From sequence record MH791411.1: a DNA stretch of 64,000 bases, one strand, 5' to 3'. The position numbers were made by a program, and so were the translations under genes. Below are positions 56,123-64,000 of the stretch, piece by piece; the first letter of the stretch is position 1, and each line of letters starts with the position of its first letter. Under the pieces are notes generated by a model that was given only the letters and a program-made list of their open reading frames with translations, was not told the origin of the DNA and ran no database searches. Source of the stretch: Escherichia phage Ecwhy_1.

Positions 56123-56774
56123 AGTTTGTAATATACGTAATGAGGTGATGAAATTTCTTATCAGTACTGATAAGTTCCTGTACATGTTTTGTTAGTTTGT
56201 ACGCGTTTTTATAGAGTCCTGGATTATCGATTACAGTACTGTACATGAATTCTTCTTCCTCGGATAATTCTTTGTGTTCTAGTTCTTTGAGGAATTGCAG
56301 TACTGTATCAGTTTCGTTAGTACGTTGCTTTTGGAAGAAGTGCATGTTATCGTGTATTTTTTCTGAACCCATGCAGTACATATCGCCGATTTGGAATTGT
56401 GCAGTACTGATATCATGGGTGCTATTACAATTCCCGAAGAAGTATACATTCCCGAAAGATAGAATTATAGTGCACGGGATATTATCCATGTGTATATAGA
56501 TAGATGCATTCTTTAGTGCTTTTGTGCTGGTATTAGTACTCAATACTTTTAAATCAGTATTATAGATATTAATAAAAGCAAGAGCTATATTATTTTTCTT
56601 CAAGTACGATTTGAGGTTCTTAGATACGAGAACATTTCTGGATTTTTTCTTTTTATTTCGTTTCTTTAGTACATTTGGGTCGTAAGTATATACTGGTGTA
56701 AAAGATTCTGCTTGAATACTGTTGAGGTATTTAAAGTGCTTAAGGTATTGTTTACTGTGTGCATTAAGTTTCAT
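56115..56774 (-). CDS. Fam-A-like protein (outlying copy)
   Basis: core SEEEEFMYSTV near C-terminus. Confidence 0.5.
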   Translation of the reverse strand: MKLNAHSKQYLKHFKYLNSIQAESFTPVYTYDPNVLKKRNKKKKSRNVLVSKNLKSYLKKNNIALAFINIYNTDLKVLSTNTSTKALKNASIYIHMDNIPCTIILSFGNVYFFGNCNSTHDISTAQFQIGDMYCMGSEKIHDNMHFFQKQRTNETDTVLQFLKELEHKELSEEEEFMYSTVIDNPGLYKNAYKLTKHVQELISTDKKFHHLITYITNYV

Positions 56775-56785
56775 TTGGTTTTCCT

Positions 56786-56965
56786 TTATACAGATGCGAG
56801 AGCGAGGATTTCCCTGAAGGGATTATCTTTTGTTAGTGCGTGATGAATGCAGCTATTGAGATTAATATTTTTAGTACTGTTAGTTGCCAGGTTGTAGTAC
56901 TTCACGAAGGTGTCGTACATGAAACGGTCTTTAATGCTTATGTGTTCTATATAGTATTCTTGCAT
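56786..56965 (-). CDS. Fam-C minigene (59 aa)
   Basis: hand-translated MQEYYIEHI ... ILALASV; below track size cutoff. Confidence 0.4.
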   Translation of the reverse strand: MQEYYIEHISIKDRFMYDTFVKYYNLATNSTKNINLNSCIHHALTKDNPFREILALASV

Positions 56966-56973
56966 ATTATTCC

Positions 56974-57162
56974 TTACATAGAGATGAGTTTCAGTACATC
57001 AATATACATATAACGTTCAGATGACATTACACGGGTAGTGATAATCTCAATCGATATATTTTTAATTCCATGTGCAGATGATTGATGGTGCTGAATAAAT
57101 GAGTTGTGCATACTTTGTTCTATGTGGTTTAGTTTATTGAAGTAGTACTCAAAAGTGTTCAT
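56974..57162 (-). CDS. Fam-C minigene
   Basis: MNTFEYYFNKL ... VLKLISM. Confidence 0.5.
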   Translation of the reverse strand: MNTFEYYFNKLNHIEQSMHNSFIQHHQSSAHGIKNISIEIITTRVMSSERYMYIDVLKLISM

Positions 57163-57168
57163 GTCTAC

Positions 57169-57348
57169 CTTAGATTGAGATTAGTTTAAGTACTTCTCTG
57201 TACGTGTACTTTTCGTTTTGTGCTTCTACTGTACATGATAGTAGGTATCGTTTTTTATCTCTTTTGTTCCCGACTGTGTAGTACCTTTGGAATTTATTAT
57301 AGTTGTATCTATCTTTGTGCTGGAGGTTATAGATATAGAATTCTTGCA
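57169..57348 (-). CDS. Fam-C minigene (59 aa)
   Basis: hand-translated MQEFYIYNL ... YTYREVLKLISI; coordinates approximate. Confidence 0.4.
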
Positions 57349-57357
57349 TAGAGTACC

Positions 57358-57543
57358 TTATATTGCTATCAGTTTGAGTACTTCAATATATGTGCGGTAC
57401 TCTGCTTTAATTAAATTTGTACACACTGTAAGGGAATTTCTTTGTATAAGTTTATTGCCGCTTTTATACGCATTTCTCCACACATAGAGATGAGATCTTT
57501 CAGGCATAGATAGTTTATTTGTATAGTACTCAAATGTATTCAT
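57358..57543 (-). CDS. Fam-C minigene
   Basis: MNTFEYYTNKL ... VLKLIAI. Confidence 0.5.
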   Translation of the reverse strand: MNTFEYYTNKLSMPERSHLYVWRNAYKSGNKLIQRNSLTVCTNLIKAEYRTYIEVLKLIAI

Positions 57544-57551
57544 ATATTACC

Positions 57552-57734
57552 TCAAATAGAGATTAGTTTAAGTACTTCTCTGTATGTGTACTTTTCGTTT
57601 TGTGCATCTCTTGTGCTTGTATATAGGTATCCTCGACGATATTTGTTGCTCCCGTTCTTGTAGTTGAATTCGAACTTATTGTAGATGAATCTATCGCCAG
57701 GCTGTAATTTACTTAAGTACAATTCAATGCTCAT
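57552..57734 (-). CDS. Fam-C minigene
   Basis: trimmed to MSIELYLSKL; C-terminus YTYREVLKLISI. Confidence 0.5.
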   Translation of the reverse strand: MSIELYLSKLQPGDRFIYNKFEFNYKNGSNKYRRGYLYTSTRDAQNEKYTYREVLKLISI

Positions 57735-57744
57735 AGTATTCTCT

Positions 57745-57930
57745 TTACATATCAATAAGTTTCAGTACTGCTCTGTACGTGTACTTAGTTGTTAGTGCTT
57801 CTTTTATAGCAATACAGAAGTAATGTTGTTTGTCTCTTATACTACCGCGTTTGTAGTACCATACATTGGAGTTGTGGGTGTACTTGTCCCTGTCGGATAG
57901 ATTTAGGTAATAGTATAATATATGATTCAT
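57745..57930 (-). CDS. Fam-C minigene
   Basis: MNHILYYYLNL ... VLKLIDM. Confidence 0.5.
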   Translation of the reverse strand: MNHILYYYLNLSDRDKYTHNSNVWYYKRGSIRDKQHYFCIAIKEALTTKYTYRAVLKLIDM

Positions 57931-58139
57931 GGTAATGTAATTAGCCTTATTATGTTAAAGTACTCGGTCCCTGGTACACCTTGTAGAATATTATCAACTA
58001 CATTTTCTTGGTGCAGGATTAATACATTCGGTGCGGTTCTTTTAAGGTTTTTTAAAGTACTGTATTCTTGTTTAAGGATGAACTGTACATCTTTAGGGAG
58101 AATATCTAAGTAGTACTGGTGTATGTTCATAGTTTTCAT
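57927..58139 (-). CDS. Fam-C minigene
   Basis: QYYLDILP ... IIRLITLP. Confidence 0.5.
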   Translation of the reverse strand: MKTMNIHQYYLDILPKDVQFILKQEYSTLKNLKRTAPNVLILHQENVVDNILQGVPGTEYFNIIRLITLP

Positions 58140-58150
58140 ATAGTACTCTT

Positions 58151-58336
58151 TTAGAACTTAAAGATGAGGTTCATGATAGATAAGTACTTAGTTTCAGGAA
58201 ATTGATGTTCTATTGCATAACGTGTCTCCAGTCTGAAGTCAAATTTATAAAAGGGACTATTCATATCCATAGGTTCATTGGGAAATGAATCTCTGTATTG
58301 TTTGTGCAGCTTACTACAGTAGAATTCTTTATACAT
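58151..58336 (-). CDS. Fam-C minigene
   Basis: MYKEFYCSKL ... MNLIFKF. Confidence 0.5.
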   Translation of the reverse strand: MYKEFYCSKLHKQYRDSFPNEPMDMNSPFYKFDFRLETRYAIEHQFPETKYLSIMNLIFKF

Positions 58337-58337
58337 A

Positions 58338-58550
58338 TTAGTGCTCGATTAAAAGGGTTAGGATGTAATAGTATTGCATACTTTCTACCCCTTGTACAGC
58401 ATTTCTTATTTTATTATTCCTGTACGAGTTCAAGAGTTTAGGACAATGTTTGAAGTTTATATAATTATTTTGTGTATACAGTAGGCTTTCTCGTAGACCT
58501 TTTGTTGGTAGTGCATCGATGTAGTACTGTTCAATGTTCATAGTGTTCAT
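58338..58550 (-). CDS. Fam-C minigene
   Basis: EQYYIDALP ... LTLLIEH. Confidence 0.5.
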   Translation of the reverse strand: MNTMNIEQYYIDALPTKGLRESLLYTQNNYINFKHCPKLLNSYRNNKIRNAVQGVESMQYYYILTLLIEH

Positions 58551-58774
58551 AGAGCTACCAGTACTAAGATTTTTGATAATTGTTTGTTTCTATCCCCGCA
58601 GATGTTGTTGTGTAAAATGCTCACTACAAGGGTATCAAGTGCATTGTTCAGCATAAGGTTACATCCAGTACTGTTATATTTTTTTAGCTCAATTAGCCAC
58701 GAACAATCCGCGAGAAATTTCCCGTACTCTAGTTCATTTAGCGTATTAATGTAGTACTTAAGTGTAGTTGTCAT
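58547..58774 (-). CDS. Fam-C-like minigene (first of minus-strand block)
   Basis: LKYYINTL ... ILVLVAL; upstream region is divergent with plus-strand block. Confidence 0.45.
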   Translation of the reverse strand: MTTTLKYYINTLNELEYGKFLADCSWLIELKKYNSTGCNLMLNNALDTLVVSILHNNICGDRNKQLSKILVLVAL

Positions 58775-58845
58775 GTGTAGTTCTCCTTATATTCCTTCTA
58801 TAGTACACCAGTACTGAAAGGATGTCAAGGGTTTTGTTTATGGGG

Positions 58846-58853
58846 TATAAATA
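58846..58853 (+). promoter_or_regulatory. TATAAATA box (T4-late-promoter-like) upstream of first RCC1-like gene
   Basis: TATAAATA about 28 nt before ATG, followed by AAAGGAG SD; no -35 hexamer. Confidence 0.35.
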
Positions 58854-58880
58854 TGATATAATGAATAAAGGAGAAGAAAT

Positions 58881-60029
58881 ATGTTACCTTTTGTTAGAAT
58901 GTTTGATTATGGGAATGAAGCACCTACCAACTCTGGGCGTTTTAAAATATATTCCAGTGATTCTATGTATCTTCATGATACTTATACTGACAAGTTGTAT
59001 GCATCTTCTGCGACGAATTGGGGTACTGGTACAGGTGTAGCATCGAGTAAATTTATTCTTTGTGCGGAGAATGTTAAACGAGTTCTATTGGAAGATAACA
59101 GTAGTGATTGTCAATTGTATGAAGAGAAAGGTACTGGAAAAGTTTTTATCACTGGTAACACGAAGGCATTCACTGGTGTAACTGATAGAAAAACTTTGTG
59201 GACGGACTGTACTACGTGGATAACATCAAGTGGTATTAATGTTTCTGATATAAAATACATGAGTAGTTTTTATGATATGAAGGTGAATTTGATAACAAAC
59301 GATGGTACATTGTATTGTTGTGGAGCTAACAATATATCGAACATATCATCATTTGGTGATGGCACAAACATTAATTCTTTTAACACATTCAAAAGAGTAG
59401 ATACTATAACTTCGGTTAAAAAGGCAGTTGGTAACATTTATTTGCGAGAAGATAATACTTTATGGGGTTGTGGTTTTAACTATTACTACCAGTTGGGCAC
59501 GGGTAATCAAACTTCTATTACTGGGGTGACGATGATTTCTTCGGATGTTATAGATTTTAATGTAAGTTATCAGAGTACATTTTTTATCAAATCGGATAAT
59601 AATTTGTACGCTTGTGGTAAACAGTTCGGTGCACAATATGGGAACGAATTTGGTACAGGTGGTACTTCTACATCTACAGATATACAATATAAAACTCCCA
59701 CATTATTGAGTGCAGGTGTTTATAGTTTATATACTTGTGTTGGTAACATGGCATCACATATAGTTAAAGGTGATGAAGTACTTTATGCATCTGGAAGCAA
59801 CTCGTCTGGTCAATTAGGTGTTGGTAATAATAATAATCAGTACTCCTATACTCCTTCATATACTTCGTTTAATACCTCTTGTAATTTGGTACGCACCCCA
59901 TCTGGTTCACTTATACTTACTGATACTGGAAAATTATATTATTGTGGCCTTGCAATAGTAGTAATGGGTGGTATTTCTGGACAGAACGTTCTTAATTATA
60001 CAGAAGTCGATATGTCATTTTTGCAGTAA
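58881..60029 (+). CDS. RCC1-like repeat (beta-propeller) protein
   Basis: seven or so GxNxxGQLGxG-type repeats; N-terminus MLPFVRMFDYGN shared with downstream paralogs. Confidence 0.7.
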   Translation: MLPFVRMFDYGNEAPTNSGRFKIYSSDSMYLHDTYTDKLYASSATNWGTGTGVASSKFILCAENVKRVLLEDNSSDCQLYEEKGTGKVFITGNTKAFTGVTDRKTLWTDCTTWITSSGINVSDIKYMSSFYDMKVNLITNDGTLYCCGANNISNISSFGDGTNINSFNTFKRVDTITSVKKAVGNIYLREDNTLWGCGFNYYYQLGTGNQTSITGVTMISSDVIDFNVSYQSTFFIKSDNNLYACGKQFGAQYGNEFGTGGTSTSTDIQYKTPTLLSAGVYSLYTCVGNMASHIVKGDEVLYASGSNSSGQLGVGNNNNQYSYTPSYTSFNTSCNLVRTPSGSLILTDTGKLYYCGLAIVVMGGISGQNVLNYTEVDMSFLQ

Positions 60030-60037
60030 ATTAATAT

Positions 60038-60062
60038 GCCAGTACTTGATACTGGCTTTTTT
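60038..60062 (+). terminator. rho-independent terminator
   Basis: GCCAGTActtgaTACTGGC hairpin plus T6. Confidence 0.65.
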
Positions 60063-60096
60063 GATTAAATATAGTATAATGAATAAAGGAGGAAAT

Positions 60097-61206
60097 ATGT
60101 TACCTTTTGTAAGAATGGTTAAGTACGGGAATATTGCACCAGTACCGAAAAAAATAAAGAAAGTTATAGCAGGATATGATAATTTATATGTACTATATGG
60201 TGATGGTTCGCTATATGGTTGTGGAATCAATAACTATCAACAGTTAAATATTGATGGAACTGCTACACAAAATAATTGGGTACTAATTACCAATGGTGTT
60301 AGTAATGCATGGGCTGGTGGATACAATATTTTATATTTGAAAGAAGATAAATTTATAATGCACGGAACTAATGTCTCATTAGGTTTAGGAAATACTACAA
60401 TTCCATTAGGTGGAGTAGATGTAACTTCTTCATTCCCAGATATCTCTAATATTAAAATGATATCCATTGGTTTTGATTCAATGCACTATGTTAGTGCTGA
60501 TGGTACAACTGTATATGGAAGAGGTATGAACACAAATGGTTCTGTTGGTTCAGGTAGTACTTACTCACAGAGTACTTTCACTTCAGTACTGAATAATGGA
60601 ACTAATCAGGTTATTGATATATTTGGTAACGTTAATAATACAGTGCTTCTAACATCGAATGGTGAGCTTCGAGCATGTGGGACAAGTGCTTATGGTTCTA
60701 TAGGAAATGAAACTGGTAAGTGGACATCGTTTGGTTTAAAATTATCTGGCACTAAAATAATGGGTGGTAATGGGTATAGTACGCTTGCATATACAAATTC
60801 GGGAATGTACCACTCAGGGTGGCAGTTAAATGGGGAACTAGGAAATGGTTTAGATACTAACGTACAGGTATATCCATTTCAATTTAACTCTAAAACGATA
60901 GATAGCAAGATAGATAAAATTGCCAAATCATCATCTGGGTCATATGTTAACATGTACTCAACAACAGAAGGAAAGATATATACGACAGGTTCGTTTGGTA
61001 AAAACGGGTCAACTACTGCATTGAATTTGTTCACCAATACATTAACACTTATAAATTACAATCCAGATACCGCCTCGTTGTATACGTGCACAAACTTCAG
61101 TGTTGTGTATGATGGTAATGAAACTATTGCTGTAAGTGGTAGTCCTACATATGTACCAGGGGGCGTTGCCGCTAATAGATGGACTACAATTCCATTACCC
61201 AAGTAA
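60097..61206 (+). CDS. RCC1-like repeat protein
   Basis: track ORF 59968..61206 trimmed to ATG after AAAGGAGG SD; N-terminus MLPFVRMVKYGN. Confidence 0.7.
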   Translation: MLPFVRMVKYGNIAPVPKKIKKVIAGYDNLYVLYGDGSLYGCGINNYQQLNIDGTATQNNWVLITNGVSNAWAGGYNILYLKEDKFIMHGTNVSLGLGNTTIPLGGVDVTSSFPDISNIKMISIGFDSMHYVSADGTTVYGRGMNTNGSVGSGSTYSQSTFTSVLNNGTNQVIDIFGNVNNTVLLTSNGELRACGTSAYGSIGNETGKWTSFGLKLSGTKIMGGNGYSTLAYTNSGMYHSGWQLNGELGNGLDTNVQVYPFQFNSKTIDSKIDKIAKSSSGSYVNMYSTTEGKIYTTGSFGKNGSTTALNLFTNTLTLINYNPDTASLYTCTNFSVVYDGNETIAVSGSPTYVPGGVAANRWTTIPLPK

Positions 61207-61212
61207 TACTAT

Positions 61213-61245
61213 GCCAGTACTTGAGTACTGGCTTTTCTTTTTGAT
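61213..61245 (+). terminator. rho-independent terminator
   Basis: GCCAGTACttgaGTACTGGC hairpin plus T-run. Confidence 0.65.
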
Positions 61246-61277
61246 TAAATATAGTATAATGAATAAAGGAGGGAAAT

Positions 61278-62459
61278 ATGTTACCTTTTGTTAGAATGTT
61301 TGATTATGGGAACGTCGTTGAGCCACCTGTGGGTACACGTTATACCTGTAGTGACTATAGTGCGACTTATAGTTTAATAAAGGATGGTGTGTTATATGTA
61401 TCTGGGATGAATAACTATTATCAGTTAGGTAATAACACTAACGTAACACGTTACAACGAGTGGTTAAAAGTTCCAGAGACTGATAGTGTTAAGTTTTGTA
61501 GTACTGGTTATAGTCAGACAATGTATCTGACTAACAATGGTAGGATAATGATAGCAGGTGAAGATCCTACTTCCAGTGCGACGGCGGTAAGTGTAAAGGT
61601 TTGGACGGATATAACTTCTAGATTTAGTGCAGTTGATACTAAAAAGATTGTTTATATTTCAATAGAACGTTATGGTGTAATGATGATCATGGAAGATGGT
61701 TCAGTATGGGCGTGTGGTGTTGATAATACTGGTTGGAGTGGACAAGGGAGTAAGACTGTTGGTTTCTTTACTTTCAGACAAATATACACCGGAAGTGCAG
61801 GAAGTGCAGTTGCTTGTACTGCTGGTACTGGCACTTCGAGGATTCTATTAGTTGATGGTACAATATTGTCCTCTGGTACTAATACATATCATCAATGTAA
61901 TGCTAGTACTGATCTGGCTGTTCTAACATACACTGAATCATTCCCTGGGGTTGATCCTTCATTGATATATCAAGTCAAGATGTGTAATAACAACTGTATT
62001 ATATTCTTGAGTGATAAGAGATATTATGGTACTGGTTGGGGGAGTTTTGGTGCTTTGGGTGATGGTGATATTTCGGGTTCGAATAATAAATTCTATGCTG
62101 GTACATTGTCAGTTGCTCCTAAAAACATGCGTGCTTATATGTCGTATCTATGTAGTTCTGCTGGGGATTCTAGTATGTACATAGGCGATGATAATTTCAT
62201 ATACACCTGCGGTTATCGTGGGAGGAACTTAATAAATGCCACTACAGATATTGGGACGTTCACGAAATGCATTCAAAGTGCACAAGGATACAAGAATGGA
62301 CTTATATATAGTGGGAATTATTGTGCTGTAGTTTTTGATCCAGATTTGGGTTCAGGAATGACATATGCGGTTTCATCACCAAAAGTGAATGCACCAGCAC
62401 CACAGGCGAGTGTTCCAACATTGGGTATGAGTTCGTTACAAGCTATTATTTTACCATAA
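61278..62459 (+). CDS. RCC1-like repeat protein
   Basis: N-terminus MLPFVRMFDYGN; RCC1-type Gly-rich repeats; AAAGGAGGG SD. Confidence 0.7.
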   Translation: MLPFVRMFDYGNVVEPPVGTRYTCSDYSATYSLIKDGVLYVSGMNNYYQLGNNTNVTRYNEWLKVPETDSVKFCSTGYSQTMYLTNNGRIMIAGEDPTSSATAVSVKVWTDITSRFSAVDTKKIVYISIERYGVMMIMEDGSVWACGVDNTGWSGQGSKTVGFFTFRQIYTGSAGSAVACTAGTGTSRILLVDGTILSSGTNTYHQCNASTDLAVLTYTESFPGVDPSLIYQVKMCNNNCIIFLSDKRYYGTGWGSFGALGDGDISGSNNKFYAGTLSVAPKNMRAYMSYLCSSAGDSSMYIGDDNFIYTCGYRGRNLINATTDIGTFTKCIQSAQGYKNGLIYSGNYCAVVFDPDLGSGMTYAVSSPKVNAPAPQASVPTLGMSSLQAIILP

Positions 62460-62466
62460 CATTATA

Positions 62467-62500
62467 CCAGTACTGAAATACGTACTGGTATTTTTTTTGT
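62467..62500 (+). terminator. rho-independent terminator
   Basis: CCAGTACtgaaatacGTACTGG hairpin plus T8. Confidence 0.6.
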
Positions 62501-62535
62501 AAATACATTATAATTATTATATGGAGATTTTAGTT

Positions 62536-63729
62536 ATGTTACCTTTTGCAAGAATGGTTAAGTACGGGAATAAACTGCCTATTCCTGAACCAGTTGAGTT
62601 CACTGATGTTTTACAGCAACATTATACTAATGCTATGTATCTACATAAGCCCACGAATACACTATACGGTTATGGTGGTAATAACTTGAGCCAATTAGGT
62701 CTAGGGAATCAATCGGCAGTTTCAACTTTTACAGTACTGGCAACGCACTGTGCAGCCTTTTGGTTAGGCGTTCATGGATCATTGATGATTGACTTGGATA
62801 ATAGAATATATTTCACAGGGAATACAGTAGCATTCCCCGATTATGGAGATGCAACTCCAGTTAATGGTTATTTTAGAACATGGACTGATGTTACTGCCGC
62901 ATTTAACAAAATAAATATACACGCTAATTTAATCAAGAGTGTACATATAGGTGAAAGTACTAGAATATTACTACACGATGGAAGAGTCGTTGTTTGTGGT
63001 AAAAATGCAAATGCCGAATGTGGAACAGGTAACCAAAATCCCATTCCAGTACTAACAGTTGTTACTGGTATGGGTGAAGTTTCTCAATTGGCGTGTTCAT
63101 TACAGGGTACGCACTATCTCAAAACAAATAAAGAAGCATGGTTTTGTGGTAAGGATAACTTTGGTGAAAGTGGTGGTGGGACTAGCTCATACGTTTTTAC
63201 TAATAAATTAATACGAACCAACGTCGATTATATAAGTACTACTTATGATGTTACCTGGTGGTTTACTGCCGGTAGGGTGTACTGGAGTGGTAGAAACAAT
63301 TCTGGACAAGCTGGGAATGGTACTACTTCAACTACAAACCAATTAACTACAGTTCAGAATTCACAGGTTATAGTGAATATTAGTGATGGTTTCCTGTGTC
63401 CTAGTAATATGGGTAACTCAACAATTGGTGCACCTATGGCTCAATACCCATCATATGTCAGGAGTGCAGGCATCAATACATATGGTCAAGAAGGGACGGG
63501 AAATACAACAATAATTACTTCGTGGGGGGCGTTTTCTTTAAGTGCGATACAGGGTGGATATGACAATGTTCTTATGGCATCCAAAGACTGGTCCAGAACA
63601 ATAATTATAACTAAAGATTATAAATTATATGCATGTGGGGGCTTTAACGGTTCAGGTAGTAAATTACCGGATGGTACTTACTTAATTAAAACATTAACAT
63701 TAATGCCAACGCAGTTATGGCAACAATAG
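62536..63729 (+). CDS. RCC1-like repeat protein
   Basis: track ORF 62521..63729 trimmed to MLPFARMVKYGN; RCC1-type repeats. Confidence 0.65.
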   Translation: MLPFARMVKYGNKLPIPEPVEFTDVLQQHYTNAMYLHKPTNTLYGYGGNNLSQLGLGNQSAVSTFTVLATHCAAFWLGVHGSLMIDLDNRIYFTGNTVAFPDYGDATPVNGYFRTWTDVTAAFNKINIHANLIKSVHIGESTRILLHDGRVVVCGKNANAECGTGNQNPIPVLTVVTGMGEVSQLACSLQGTHYLKTNKEAWFCGKDNFGESGGGTSSYVFTNKLIRTNVDYISTTYDVTWWFTAGRVYWSGRNNSGQAGNGTTSTTNQLTTVQNSQVIVNISDGFLCPSNMGNSTIGAPMAQYPSYVRSAGINTYGQEGTGNTTIITSWGAFSLSAIQGGYDNVLMASKDWSRTIIITKDYKLYACGGFNGSGSKLPDGTYLIKTLTLMPTQLWQQ

Positions 63730-63737
63730 GAGGAATT

Positions 63738-64000
63738 ATGTTACCTTTTGTAAGACTATTTGATTATGGGAATATTACACCTGGTCCTAAAAATATAATA
63801 AAAGTTGGTGCTTCTACACAAGGTCAATTCGTATTGACTGATTCACATGAATTATATTACATAGGCAGAAATCAAGGTGGTGAATCTGGAAATGGTAATA
63901 AAAACACGGTATCTTCTTGGACATTAGTAAGTGCAGATGTTTCTAATTTTTTCACTGGAGGACGAACACTTGTTATTATTAAAAATGACAATACGATATG
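63738..64000 (+). CDS. RCC1-like repeat protein, partial (continues past window end)
   Basis: AGGAGG SD then ATG; N-terminus MLPFVRLFDYGN; coupled to previous gene. Confidence 0.6.
   Translation, partial: MLPFVRLFDYGNITPGPKNIIKVGASTQGQFVLTDSHELYYIGRNQGGESGNGNKNTVSSWTLVSADVSNFFTGGRTLVIIKNDNTI

Overview
The window looks like an accessory (hyperplastic) region of a large, AT-rich virulent bacteriophage; no rRNA, tRNA, CRISPR array, transposase or recognisable core replication or virion gene was seen. About 58.8 kb is packed with roughly 150 small genes (about 50-210 aa) on the minus strand, then the strand switches at about 58.8 kb to a plus-strand block of RCC1-like repeat proteins. Most minus-strand genes fall into three expanded paralog families: Fam-A (about 50 members, 1-25.9 kb plus one at 56.1 kb) with an invariant E-E-x-[Y/L/F]-F-Q-x-S core; Fam-B (about 32 minigenes, mainly a head-to-tail array at 25.3-31.8 kb) with a GT(N/D)YQE core; and Fam-C (about 20 minigenes, 54.2-58.8 kb). 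Between 32 and 52 kb lies a cassette region of diverse small genes, each preceded by a consensus sigma70-type promoter, a GC-rich 5' leader stem-loop and a Shine-Dalgarno site, with rho-independent terminators interspersed. Recognisable products there include a protein-kinase-like protein, a GNAT-like acetyltransferase, a TraR/DksA-type zinc finger and a signal-peptide protein. Non-coding signals include strong over-representation of the palindrome CAGTACTG, a conserved leader motif downstream of orphan promoters in both orientations, an 8-bp periodic repeat array, and a roughly 2 kb ORF-poor regulatory region (52.2-54.2 kb). Many track ORFs extend upstream through promoter/hairpin sequence or use non-ATG starts, so starts were trimmed where checked; hand-derived coordinates may be off by 1-2 nt and all product calls other than motif-based ones are 'hypothetical'.
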